This document shows, piece by piece, positions 27,863-41,071 of a stretch of DNA of 64,000 bases. The stretch comes from Paraspadella gotoi. Lineage: Eukaryota; Animalia; Chaetognatha. The stretch's first letter is position 1; the number at the start of each line of letters is the position of its first letter. The notes beneath the pieces were generated by a model that was not told where the DNA came from, did no database searches, and worked only from the letters and a program-made list of their open reading frames with translations. The DNA is taken from contig CM119267.1 in NCBI GenBank assembly GCA_051294375.1, forward strand, positions 21,025,755 to 21,089,754, in the 5' to 3' direction. A program made the position numbers and the translations under genes.

Positions 27863-28237
27863 CGCCACCAATGTCGGATCATGGCATCGATGTGACGCAA
27901 TGTGACACCCCAAAACGGATTGACCAAATCGCCTTTTCACGCACAAACACGTGACTACTTTCACATCCCAATTAGAATCACGAGGCGACGACGACGACGC
28001 GGCAACCGGAAGTGAACGAGAAATCGACGATTCCCTGGTCGGAATCACCGCCTCATTCGTCTCTATCAACGATCTCTTTGACACTCTCTCTCTCTCTCAT
28101 CTCTCTCTCTCCTCTCTTCTCCCCTCTAATCGTTGCTCTCTACACTCTTTCTCTTGGTACTTTTTCTTTGTCTTTAATTTGACCTGCACTCATTAACTCC
28201 CTCTCGCTTCTCTTTATCTCTCTCCTTCACAGTCTAC

Positions 28238-29041
28238 TAGACATAGCCGATGAAATTTAAATGCTAGTGTATACTATATTATAAATATAATGTTATTATT
28301 ATTATTATTATTATGTTATTATTCGTGTCTAAAAGGTTCGAGCATCAAATGGGGCGCCACTGAAGAAGAAGACTTATATCGCAACGGTAATGTTTATTGA
28401 GGAAAAGTCCCTGGCGGAAATAGTATTAGAAAAGAAGGAAGTTAGTAGAACTCGAGAACCGTCGGAGAGTGGACCGAAAGGATCGATCCTCGGGAGAGGG
28501 AGGGGAAGAGGAGGATGAGGATCGAGGTTTCCTATACTATACTATACAGCGTTAAAAAAATCTATCATGAGCATAGATTATAGTGTTAAATTATTTTTTT
28601 TCAAAATACTTTCGTCTGAGGGTACTCGCCTAATTAAATTTTTTTTTTTAATTTTAAAATTTTTTGATGGATTCTGATGGAGCATAAAAAGTTCAACAAG
28701 AAATATAATTACAAGTTTTAAAAATTTCTTACGTTTTCTCAGTAAAATGTAAAAAACTGATAAAATCATCGAAAGATGACAATTTTTTACGGTTTTTATT
28801 ATTTTTGATCTACTTATCCTAAAAATATTTAGAAATAATCATACTTACTTTTTATGAGCTATCTGAATCTGGTCTTAAAATTTTAAAATTTTAAAGAAAA
28901 TATTTGGACTTTCTTATCTATAAAAATATTAAAAAATTAATTAATAGGGTATAGAGCCATATAGATTTTTTGTTCATTGAAAGTATACTTAAAATGTATA
29001 AATTGTCGTTTGACTCACCCCATTGTGTACGGCTTTCCCTA
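28238..29041. mobile_element. MITE-like element in copy B, carrying a nested ~250-bp insertion
   Basis: Same ends as 21294-21838; extra sequence at about 28279-28531. Confidence 0.75.
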
Positions 29042-29535
29042 ACTCTACTCCTCTCTTTCTTTCTCGACATATTTAGATGTCTTGAAGGCAAAAGTCGACT
29101 AACCCGCCAACAAACATTCAGAAAGCAGATCTCCGAACATTTTAAAGTTTTCCATTGTTCATTCGACTTTTTCGATTCTTAATTTACTACCGTCGATTTC
29201 TTGTAGAGTATGTTTATTTTCCCCCGCCGCGATTCGAATAAAATCTGTGTTAACTTACATTTACTCTGTTTCTGTTGAAGAAAAATTGGTGTAATTTGAC
29301 CGAGTAAAATTGAGTGATACAGCTCAAATAGTTCAAACGAAACGACGAAGACGACGACGACGAAATCGTCTACATGCGACCCGTCGGTGGCGCAGCGAGA
29401 ATGACAGAAACATTGACCAGGAATGACCTCGTTATGTCTGACCTTTTCAACTAATGTAACACGCCTCAAGTTTTATTTATTTTAATTATGATTAACCATT
29501 CCAGGACATCGAAACAAGTAAGCACTCGAAAAGCT

Positions 29536-31254
29536 ATGACTTCGTATTGGAAGAGGGACGTCGTCAACGTCTTCGTCGCATAGTCGTCGCCGGTTTGCAA
29601 GTGTTCGTCGCCTCGGCCACGGATGAGATGGGCAATGAGCATTTTCGATGACTCTTCCGAGAGTCGATTTGAATTACGACGACGAAGCCTGTACCGCGTC
29701 TCTTGAAGGTGCTTCAATTTAATTTTATCACATCCCTTAACGTATGTTTATCAATTCGTTAATACAGAATAATAAATATAATAATTATAGAGAGGGTGAG
29801 CTTCGCTTGTACTTTATTGGTGAACCAAGCTTTAAAGGTTAAACGTATGAAATTACTTTAAAAGCTTAATCAGGATCTATGGCCCCATTGGTCACATTAT
29901 ATGGCTGATTATAACAGATTTTTATCTTATAAGGAGAGGTACTACGTCTTCAAGGTGGAAATTCAATACCATAGTAGTGGCAACAATCACGCGGAGTTCG
30001 AAGTTTTCCAAGTGCAGTTCCAATTGCAGGTCGGCGAAATTACGTTTTTAAATTACCTCATTAGTCATTAAGCGACAGTGACTCTAATATAATTAATCTT
30101 TTTAACGTTATCATCGAAGGAACGGAATGGAAATCGAATAGGAATCGAATCGGAATCGAATCGGATGAAAAATCAAAAAAATATTATACATAACCTTAAA
30201 CCAATACGAATTATTCACTCCACTCACAGTTCGGCCTTTTTTATAAATGTTTTCATTTTCAATGACAGACATTTTAAGTGGAACGACTTACTTTAGTATC
30301 TACTTACTATTTACTTAGTATCTATTTACTATCTAATGCAGAAAGTATTTTTAACCTCGTGTTTTGTAGATATTTCTTCTATTTTCAGAAGACAACACTA
30401 ACGTCCTCTCCCCCATCGTATTTCAATAGTAATTAAAGTTAAACTATTAATCACATTTATATATATTTCCCTTTTTTATATTTTTAAAATTCAGCTCGAT
30501 ATAGTAATTCAAAAATTAAATCTAGTAATTTTTTTGATCTCCAAACAATCTTCCTTCCGACATCCAGGACCAAGAACGATTGCTCCACAGCCAAAACCAT
30601 CTCTTTTGGGGCAAAAACGGCCCGAATTGACTCTCCCGCCTCAAGTCGCCTTCTCCGTAGGAGGCGAAGACGATAACCCTTACGTCATCCTCCGCGGACG
30701 CTACTTCCGGCCAGGCGTCTACGAATCGGCAACTGTCACCTTAACCGCCACAACCGCTGCACCTCAGTACATCGCCTTCCCGCTGTTGATCGCCGCCCTC
30801 GGGCCGCCATCCCGCCGGGAAAACAACACGTGGACGCCTTCCACGATGTCTTGAAGGAAGAGGAAGGGTCTTGCTTTCGCTTCGGCGTGCGGACCCACGC
30901 GCTCGGATTAATGGTCACGGCGTATCGCACTAGGGATGGAAATTCAGTTTTGATGGGCCGTGCGGATCCGAAAAGACCGCCAGGGTTTCGAAAAATCAAT
31001 AATGCGGTGAGAAAGACTTTTTTGGAATTGGTACAATCAATAGGAAAATTATTAATTTTATATATTTTTTATATATTTCCCATTTATGTATATTTATTTA
31101 TACTTACCACTCAGGTCGACGTCGCCGTCGGCGACAGGATCGTTGTTCGCTGCAATTACAACAACACGAGAAGCGTAGACGTTTATTTTGGCGCCACCAA
31201 ATGGACGAAGTCTGCAAATTTTATCTGCTTTGCTTCAGTCGTGTCGAGGATTAG
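29536..31254 (+). CDS. Second copy or allele of the PHM-like gene, with small indels in the consensus
   Basis: Same exon layout and the same RGRY, VRTHALG and DEVC motifs; several 1-nt deletions shift the frame. Confidence 0.8.
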
Positions 31255-32496
31255 TGAGAAAATTTACTCGCTTTCTCTCGGTCATCTTCTGTCGTCACAA
31301 TCAAAACAATCTTTCCTTCAACCCGAAGTGAGCCGCGGTGAATACGTGTGAAACGAGTCTCTGAAGACTCTCTCTCTCTCTTTCTATTTTTTTTTCTCCG
31401 ACCCTTGAAAAGAGCAAAAGTTTTAAAAACATGTTTTAACAAACGAAAAATCTTTGTCAAGCTTTGCAATAAATTTTTTTTTTAACTTACACATATGGAT
31501 TTTCCATTTCAAAATCTATATTTATCATTAATAATTTTTCTCTTTTTTTCACAGGTCTGTAAATATATTTATATATATATCTCTTCAATTAAACGTATTT
31601 CTGCAAAAAGGGTATTAAATAAAAATATCTTTCCTAGTAGTAGTAGGTTTTTATACCTGTACAATAACCTCTTAAATCGATTAGGTAAGTGCGGTCGACA
31701 ATTCAAGTGAAAGATTTAATCTCCTGTTGAACCGGTTTTTGATCTTTAAAATGTTGATAAACCCGCAGCTGCATTTTGCGTTTCTATGCTGCGTCGACTA
31801 CTGTGATCTCTCTTCTCCCTCTCTCTCTCTCTCTCAAACCTGATTCGTGTCCTTCGTCAGTTAACAATAGCAAACATATACGTCCCAACTGTCAATTTTT
31901 CAATTTTGTTTAAATTTTTGTTTTCGATCTAACGGGGAAACTTTGGCTACTGAGAAAAACTCGCCTGATTTTTGGATTCAAACAATAAAATTGTCAATTC
32001 CGGTTTTTTTTTTTCATTTTTGAGTGTCGTTACTGATTCTGTCGTACTCTCTCTCCTTATGTTGAAGGTGCTTATAGAATGGTGTTTAAAATTATCATTA
32101 TTAATGCATTCTTGCTTGACCAGTTGTATTTGTTTCCACTATGTTGCGCTACTCATTCCAGAACAATAAAACAAAAACAAAAACAAAAAAAACCACTTTT
32201 TCACCTCTATGAGAGATTAAACTTAATCCATCGTGATCTTCCACATTCAAAAGGCTTTCGAGAGTAATTTCAGAGACATTCCAGAAACATTACAGAGACA
32301 TTCTAGACATATTCTAGAGACAATTTAAACAATTATGACTTACTTGAGACGTTAAATAAAAAATGCGCCCTCTACTAATAAAAACCGACGCTTTTTTCAA
32401 TTGACGAGCATTCACTGTCTTGACATCGACTCCACGCCTCAACAGTTCACGGCTTAGTCATCTTCCCTCGTGGGATCAACCTTTCACGCCCGACAC

Positions 32497-32582
<86 letters not shown>

Positions 32583-33114
32583 AGTAGAGAATCTCAATCA
32601 GGAATTCATGGATAATAAATCAGACGGAAGAAGAGCGAACAGAGAAAGGGATAGAGAGAGAGAGAAGCGAAGACAGAGACAATCGCTGAGGAAAAAGTAG
32701 GGTCGTTAATTTCGAGTCACAGTAAAAAAAAAAAGAAAAAAAGGGGAAAAAAAGAAATAAAAGAAAATGACGAAAGGCGACGAGGCTGAAAATCCAGGAG
32801 CGGAGGAGGAGACGGAGGTAAAATGATTGATTGATTGACTTCTAAAGTATTGATTGATTGATTTAATTAAATGATGTAAAAAAATATTTTTGGAAATAAT
32901 AATTTGAGAATTTAATTTTGAATTTATTTTGAATAAATGTAAATTTTCCCGGTAAAACATACGTACAATATTTATCATAGATTCTTCATCCGATTATTAC
33001 TAATCTAAATCAAGATCGTTGCTCGCGTATAAAATTAAAAACGAGTCGAGCCATCGCCGACGATTCCTTACCCTTTTCCCGTTCCCTTACCCAACCCCAT
33101 CCCCCGAAACAAAG

Positions 33115-36100
33115 ATGTCGCTCGCCATCCCTGCCAGCGTCATCACCACCTCGCTCCGCATCGCCGCCGACGTCGTCGCCTACAAGTTTCTTCCTCCGCC
33201 CGACCGTCCGTCGACGAGACGCTGGACCCGGAGACGCCCGTCCCTCCTCCGCCCGTCTCCCCTCCGCCCGCTCTCTCGAGGACGAGGAAGGAGCGATGCC
33301 CGATTTGGTCGAGCATCATTCGCCCAGGGGAAATTTGGAGAGGATATCTGAGAGTTTGGAGAGGTCGAGGATTTGATTTGATTGATTGTTGATTGATTAG
33401 TTTATTGATGGTTGATTAAAAATATTGTTCGAATGGTTGGTAATTATTTGATAGATAGATGTAGTGATTGACCGATTGATTTATTTGTGATTGGGATCGT
33501 AAAGTATTTCCTTGATTTATTGCTTGTTTGAGTGATAAAATTATTGATCGACCGATTGATAATTGTTTAATTTACCAATATAATTTAAAAGTTATAAATA
33601 TATAAATATATTATGCGGCGATTGTGACCGATTGAATTTTTAGCGTGATTGATTGACTTGCTTGATTTATTGATTGATTGATAGAATTGATTGATGACTG
33701 ANNNNNNNNNNNNNNNNNNNNNNNNNGATTGATTGATTGATTGATTGATTGACTTCATTCTAGTTCATCTCCCGAACCTTTGACGACCGTCACCGATCAA
33801 CTCGTCAACGTCGTCGAGAAATTTCTCGAAAAATATTTCGGTCCGAAAACCGAAGATGAAGAGGAGCAGAGCAAGAAGAAAAAGAAAGGAAAGGCCAAGG
33901 TGAGTTGGGCCAATAAATAGTGCCAGGAGCAGAGCAAGAAGAAAAAGAAAGGAAAGGCCAAGGTGAGTTGGGCCAATAAATAGTGCCAGGAGCAGAGCAA
34001 GAAGAAAAAGAAAGGAAAGGCCAAGGTGAGTTGGGCCAATGAATAGTGCCCGGAAAAGAGCAAGAAGAAAGGGAATGGAAAGGCCAAGGTGAGTTAGGCC
34101 TGGGTCAATTGGTCTAATTTTAAGAGTTGACCAATAAGAGGGTCAAGGTGGAAAGGTGAAAGTGAAAAAATAGGCTAACCACGAAAAAAAATCCCATGTG
34201 AGTTGGCCAACAATCAGAACATTGTAAGTTGGCAAAGAATATGGGAAGGTAAGGTGCCCCCCCAAAAAATGAGTCCAAAGTTATTGGGTCAATTGTAAAA
34301 GGCCAAGAGGATATTGGTTCGACTAGAAAAGACAAAGGGAATTTAAGTCAGATTATGTTGGATAAAAAAGTCAGCATGAAAGAGACTAATTAGACAATGT
34401 CTATAGACATATGAATGACAATCAATTTAAAACCATTTTATGTGATTACGTAATGAATTTCAGAAAGAATCTCCGGAAGAAAAGAAACGTCGTTTAGAGA
34501 TGGAAGCGAAGAAGGCGATTGAGAAAATGCTTCAACCAGTGGGCAAATTGACGGAAAAGGTTTGATTGATTGCTTGATTGGATGATGGATTAATTGATTG
34601 TTTGAATAAATTGATGAATGATTTAATGAACGTTGAATTTATTCGATTAAGCCGTGTTTAATTTATTCAGATGAAACATTAAACATTCATTTAAAACATT
34701 GCATTTTTTTAAATTTTGAATCATTTCTAAGATAATGAAATCTTTAAGTTTTCTATTTTTGCAATAAATTATGATATAATTGTGACGCTTAGACTCTAAG
34801 ACCCTAAGACTTGGACTTTAAAGATAAAGTTAAAGATAACTTTTTTTTCACTAGTTGAACAAAAGCCTCGACGGCCGGGAGTGGATGCACCTCCAGAAGC
34901 TTCTCCTGGCGACGGAGTGCTTACGCGTCGTCAACGTCCTTCCGCCCCAACGCCCCGTCGAGCCGGACGAGATGGTGGAGCTGGAGAAGGCGACGGCGGC
35001 CTTCAAGGTCGCCGGGGCAGAGATCGTCAAGAGGCTCAATAAGATCTACGGCGAGTCGATGTTCTTTTGTTGGTCGAGATTTGTATTTGTTGATGCAAGG
35101 GAAATATGCAACTGAGATAGATGAACTCAATCTCATTTTCGGTTATATCGAGTTGATTTGGAGGATTTTTGTTGAATCAGAGAGAGAGAGAGAGAGATAG
35201 AGAGAGAGAGTGAGAGAGAATTAAACGGCTTTTCCGCTGATCACGTAACAAAGCGGTCGAGGTCATGCCAAGTTGCCAAGTTGTTATAAATATCATTTTT
35301 AACTAATAAATTATCAATCAATTATAATCTCCAGAAGTGGAGCACTACATCCGGATGAAGCTCAAGATCCCCGAGGATCCGAAGGAGAAAAAGCAGAGAG
35401 AAGAAGAGAGAAAGAAGAAGGAGTCGCAGAAGGGAGTCAGCGCCGAGGACAGGGCTCATGAGCGGAGGAAGAGTTTGGGCCTCATGGTCGGATTGTTCGG
35501 ACCCATGAAGGGGGTCACTTATGAGGTAGGGGTGCGGGGGTTGGGCATGGGTTAGGGGGAGGAAAGGGAGTTAGGGGAGATAGATGGAGAGTAGGGGGGA
35601 GTGATGAAAAGATTGAGCGATTGAGCAATGTTTTTTTTTTTTTTTTGGGCTGCTTTTGTTCATGTAATAAAAAATAATTAGGCCCTTTTTCAAAAAATAT
35701 TTTGCATAACAGTATCATATTTTTTATAGTAATATCTTTTAAAAAGTTTTTAACGCTGATGAAGGCTTGTACCTAAGCCGAAACATTTCCGTTAATAATA
35801 ATAAAATAAATCGTTGTTGAAACTAATTTCTAACTCTTCTAGTAATATCCTTATGAAATCATAAAATTTAAAAATCATATTTTTTTAATTTTAAGAACAA
35901 TTTCGGATTGGCCGGAAAAAAGCTGAAAAACTGTTTTATGATATTTTCAGGTTAAAGCTGCGAAAAATGACTAAAACGTTTCATCATGTAATAGTTTCTA
36001 CTACAGTAGATGGCTAATTCATTTAAAAAAGAACAAAACACAAACTTTAAACTCCTTAGTATAAAACTATCTTTTATAGTACTTTTTTGGGGGGTTGGCT

Positions 36101-36357
36101 CGAAGAATATACAAAACTGAAATAAACTAGCATAAATGAATCAAATCGGAATTAAGAATCAATACCTCCTCGGAAACAGGTGCTTTACCTCAACTACTAC
36201 TACGCCGAATTTCATCGCTTCTTCGACGGAATGTTGGCCGTGTACAGAGACGCCACGAGGATGTTGACGCCGCCGTCTGAGGATGAAGCGCCGGGTGAGG
36301 AAATTGCGTGGGTGGGTGAAGATCGGAATGGTGAGAGAGAGGGTGGGTGGCAATGAG

Positions 36358-36414
<57 letters not shown>

Positions 36415-38773
36415 GGTGGCAAAAAGTTGACCCAGCCATTTAGAAACCTATGGCTATGAGAAAAAGAAGAGAGGCGCGAGAGAGCGTCGCAGAAAGAAAT
36501 GTATTTAAATTTATAAATTCTATAAAGTAGAATTGTTATAGAAATCAACAAATCAACATCCCAATGGGCGAAAAATAAAAAAGAGAAAAATAAAGAAAAG
36601 CAAAGAAATAATCGAAAAATAAAGAAATAAAATTAAAAATAAGTAATGATGAAAAAAAAATATTGATAGAATAAAAAAAAACCCAAAATTATTTTAAAAA
36701 TTAAATAAACAATAATGAAAGAAAATCTAGAAAAGAGACTGATTCACCCTATCACGTGATCCAGCTTCGTCCATCAAACCCGTCCAAATCGAACCGCCCT
36801 CGACGAAGACCAAAATCGCACCCCACGTTTTGACGAAAATTCGGGCGTCGACAAACTCTTTGGCCGAGAACAAGAAAGACGCGGGGTGGTCGCCCAAGAT
36901 CTTGGACAGAGAGGTTCTGGTCGTGGGGGTGGACTTGTGGAAGGTGAGGCGGCTTGTTGGGGACGGGGGGGGAGAGATGGAGCGTGAAGAAGCTGAGAGT
37001 GAAAAATGATAAAAGTGATGGCGATGCCATTTTTGGCTTTCTGATTACCTGCGGTACTTTTTTCGTGGATCCCAGAACTTGTAAACCAAAACTTGTTTAA
37101 GGTGGTAGGATTCTTGTAACCTTAATGTCCCTCACAGTCACTCTGTAAATTTACTATCTTTGTACTCTGTCTCCAGGGAGAGCGTGAACGCCCCATCATC
37201 GCCACAACGAGGCGGCGTCTGGAAGCGGAAATTCTTCACCGAATTCACACTTTCGATCTCACTGGTAGAATTTGGTTGAATATTACAAATTTGACTTGTT
37301 TTCTTGCACATATTATCTGCGAAAACTGTTTTTATTTTATTTCCGGTCGTAATGACTAAATTGACCAAAATGACATAATGACATAAATGACGTAAAAGAC
37401 ATAATGACGTTATGACTAAAATGACCCAAAATGACATCAAATGTCGTAAAAGACATAATGACGTAATGACTAAACATCCAAATGTGACTAAACATAACAC
37501 GGACTTAATGACTTAATGTCTGAAAAAAAATAGTTTATTTTTAGAATAGAACAGGAGATGTTAATTTTAATAAAAATATGGTTTTTTTTACTTTTAATTT
37601 TTGTATGAATTGTTAGAAAAGCAACTATATCTTAAGGCTCCCTATTTCCAATTAACGTAGTAAAAAATATAAACAAAATGATTAAGAAACAAACTAAAAA
37701 AAAGACGAGAGCATCCTAAAATTTTAAAATAACATGATCCTGGGAACGAGTGAAAAGCCCTTTTAGCTAATACCGCAATATGCTAATGAGATTAAACCGA
37801 TAATGAAAATGTTTCCTCCTCCTTCGTAGGCGACGCATTTTCGTTGGTTCGCGGTTGCACCGCAGCCGTCGCGATCGATTTCAAACTCGTCTTCAAAGAT
37901 GTCACGAAAGAGAAGGTGAGAGAGGACAAAGTCATCGATGGGAAGATATGCTTATTTATTAAATGAATCGATAATCTGGTTGGGCCAATTTCATTATTAA
38001 AATACTTTAATGAAATATTTTTCGATTTTTAATGTCGAAAACAAGAGCGCCGCCGTTGTCGCTGAGCTCTTCGCCTGCTACGATCGCCTGAGCGACCTGG
38101 CCAGATCCAGAGAGAAGAAGCGACGCCTGCTCGAGTCCGTCGTCGTCGTCCTCAACGCCGTCAACGACGTCTCCATCCTCGACAGGGTCGACCTGTTGGA
38201 GATGTCGCGAGGAGGCGGGGCCGAGGCCAAGTCAGTCTACAACGAGGACGACTTCTTCGCCGCCGAGGGCGCCTTCGATCACGGGAACAGGTTGTGGGGG
38301 GGGGTTTGAGAGACTGGATGTGGACCGGGTGGTTGAGGATGTTTGGGAGTTCGGTCTTTGGATCTGATTGGATCTGTCTATCTGTCTGTCAGTCCATCTC
38401 TCTCTCTCTGTCTGTCTGCTTGCATGTCTGTCTGTTTGTAAGTCTGTTTGTCTACATGTTTTACTGTTTGTCAGTCTGTTTGTGTGTCCATTGGTTTGTC
38501 GATTTGTCGATCTGTCTGTCTGTCTGTAACTCCGTCTGTCAGACTGTCTTTCTTTCTCTTTCTGCCTATATCCCCGCATTACTCTCTCTCTCCCCCTCTC
38601 TCTCAGATGGTGGTCAAGCGAACTCACACACCACATCCATCGTCGTTCGATTCCGATTCAACCCAACAAAATCAGCGACGTGGCTCAATGGATAGAGAGA
38701 AGAATCGAGAAACATTTCGTGCCTAAGATTCTCGCCCTTCAGGTCGGAGGTTGTTCTAGCTGTTGCTGCTTTA

Positions 38774-38835
<62 letters not shown>

Positions 38836-40403
38836 GTTATTGTTATTGTTATTGTTATTGTTATTATCATAGCAGATGGAACATGAAACCAAAAGTGGAT
38901 TTTATTCTCAGAATTTGGGACAGATGGATTCAATACCAAATGGTCAGGTATTTATAAAATCCAATCGGATCATCGACACGGGCCTTTTTCCCCGATGGCA
39001 TGAAGCCTGTCTTCTCATTGGTCAGTTCCGACGATGATTCATCCAATCAGAGAGTCCTCGGTAGATTTCATCCGAGTCGCGGATCCGATTCCATTTTTGG
39101 TTCCGATTACATCAGCGATGTTATTATTATTATTAATAGAAACCTTGCGCTTTTTGTTATCAATCTTGGCTTTTTTCTTTCCTTATCACTTATTGTTTCC
39201 GTAGCGAAGCACTGAGAGCGTTAATAAACTAGACTGCGAGAGAGTCTTTGATTGAAACCTTTCAGGGTGTTCCTATGTTATAATCTTGTAAGAGAGATAG
39301 AGCTGGTATACGAGATAGGCGGACCGAGGAAGGAGCAGGGCGTTAACCTGGAGGCCTTTTTTCAAAATGTAACATCGTGTAATATAACCCATCATATTCT
39401 GTGTATATTTAAACGTAATATACTAAGTTTCTTATTTAACGAACGAATGGATAGTTTTTATATTGGTTGTACTCATTTCATAAAGTCTAATTTCTTTATA
39501 CTAATAGTAATACGTCTTTAAATACTTGTAATAATTGAAATGATTTAAACTAGATAAATAGGGTCGATGCTCGCCGTTCAAATAGTCGCCGATTGAATTG
39601 TAAACGACAACAACGACGACGACAACAACGACGACGACAACAACAACGACTCCATTTTCGTTTCCCCCTCCTTTAAGATCGGCGGCGTCGCCTTCGCCCC
39701 GCGCAACTTCGTCGTCCAGGCTTTCGACGAGAAGAAGACGAGGAAGAAGTTCGAGGATTTGGCCGAGGAAGAAGATTCGGAGGAGGAGGCAGAGGAGGTG
39801 AGAGAGGGGGGGTGGATGGATGGATTGCATAATGAATTAATGAAGGAATGATTGTATATAACTGAATTCGTGAATGAATGAATGAATGAATGAATGAATG
39901 AATGAATGAATGAATGAATGAATGAATGAATGAATGAATGAATGAATGGATGGATGAAAAAATGAATAAAATAATGAAAGAAAAAATTAATAAATGATTG
40001 GATGACTCGATGAGTGAATGAAAGAATAAATGAATGAATGAATGAATGAATGAAGAAAAGTATGAACGAAAGCAGAAATGGATAAATTAAACTGATAAAA
40101 ATAAATAAATTAAAATAAATAAATAAATAAATAAATAGATAATTAATAATGAATGGATGAATGAAAATGCAGATTTAAATGAGCGAATGAACGGAGATCA
40201 TAGTCTGGGCAAGACCTATTTAAAATATTAATAAATTAACTTACTTTTAAGTAAATATTTCAGACACACATTTATATATAAATATACACATATGCACATA
40301 AAACGAATTACTTTGTCTTTCTTAGGTGGGAAATATTAAACCAGAATGGAAAACCGTCTTGAAGGCGGAGGGAGTAAAGTGGATCAAACTTCAAGAAATG
40401 GAG

Positions 40404-40477
<74 letters not shown>

Positions 40478-40656
40478 AGAGAGGAGAGCGAGAGAGTCAC
40501 TCTATCCTCCTCCAATCTTAGGTTCTACGTCCTCGAAAACGAAATAAAGACACGAAGAATTCGTCTGAAGGCGACGAAGACGATGACGGTTCCGAGGCTC
40601 ATGATCAGAAGTCTGAGGATGTATCAATGACCAAGAGAGACGGACATACGGACTGA
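33115..40656 (+). CDS. Uncharacterised ~694-aa protein, 14 exons: 33115-33363, 33764-33899, 34464-34559, 34855-35050, 35335-35525, 36180-36330, 36765-36943, 37177-37264, 37830-37915, 38046-38290, 38607-38742, 39678-39797, 40326-40403, 40522-40656
   Basis: GC-rich exons in AT-rich introns; all 13 junctions are phase-compatible; exons 2-14 have no stops and exon 1 needs a net 1-nt correction. Charged, helix-like composition; no domain recognised. Confidence 0.8.
33864..34098 (+). repeat. 63-bp tandem repeat (~3.7 copies) spanning the exon 2 splice donor
   Basis: Unit GAGCAGAGCAAGAAGAAAAAGAAAGGAAAGGCCAAG/GTGAGTTGGGCCAATAAATAGTGCCAG. Confidence 0.95.
35750..35795 (+). ncRNA. Minimal type I hammerhead ribozyme, Penelope-like element type
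   Basis: Stem I TTAACG/CGTTAA, core CTGATGA-A, stem II GGCTT-gtacct-AAGCC, GAAA, CATT, TC cleavage site, then an AATAA-rich tail. Confidence 0.8.
37350..37520. repeat. Degenerate ATGAC-based short tandem repeat
   Basis: Repeated ATGACTAAA/ATGACATAA units in intron 8. Confidence 0.75.
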
Positions 40657-41030
40657 GATATGTAAGACCCTTCTATGACTAAACATCGTACGTTTAAATC
40701 TCTGAAAGGGATTGTCGGACGGACGGAAAACATTACCGCCCTATCGGACGGTTACGTTAGTAAACTCGCAATCGTAAAAATGCAATAATTATGGATAAAA
40801 TCTCTTCTCAATTTTTAGAATCAAACGGATGCTTAATATTATATACATACGTGTTTCGAATAAATGATCCTGACGAAAATTAACGAGATCTGACAAAGAA
40901 ACGAGTTTAAAATCATTTTGTGTTTTAATGCGTTTCACTTTTTCTTATTTATTTTCACGAAAATAAAATAATTATTTTTTTAGTTTTTAATTCTCTGAAT
41001 GAACAAGAGTTAAAAGGGTTGACAGCGAGA

Positions 41031-41071
<41 letters not shown>

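Larger units (their letters stand above)
26046..32862 (+). repeat. Duplicated segment 1, copy B
   Basis: Colinear with 19118-25690, with an extra ~250-bp insertion. Confidence 0.95.

Noticed and set aside
33864-34098. CRISPR-like repeat array
   Set aside because: The units repeat in full with no unique spacers, there are no cas genes, and the context is eukaryotic.
38876-39368. Two extra candidate exons (38876-39020, 39266-39368) for the 14-exon gene
   Set aside because: They overlap or adjoin dispersed repeats (family A, and a GGAATCGG/CCAATCAGAGAG family also seen near 54030 and 60140); the second needs a frameshift, and 38742 joins 39678 in phase without them.
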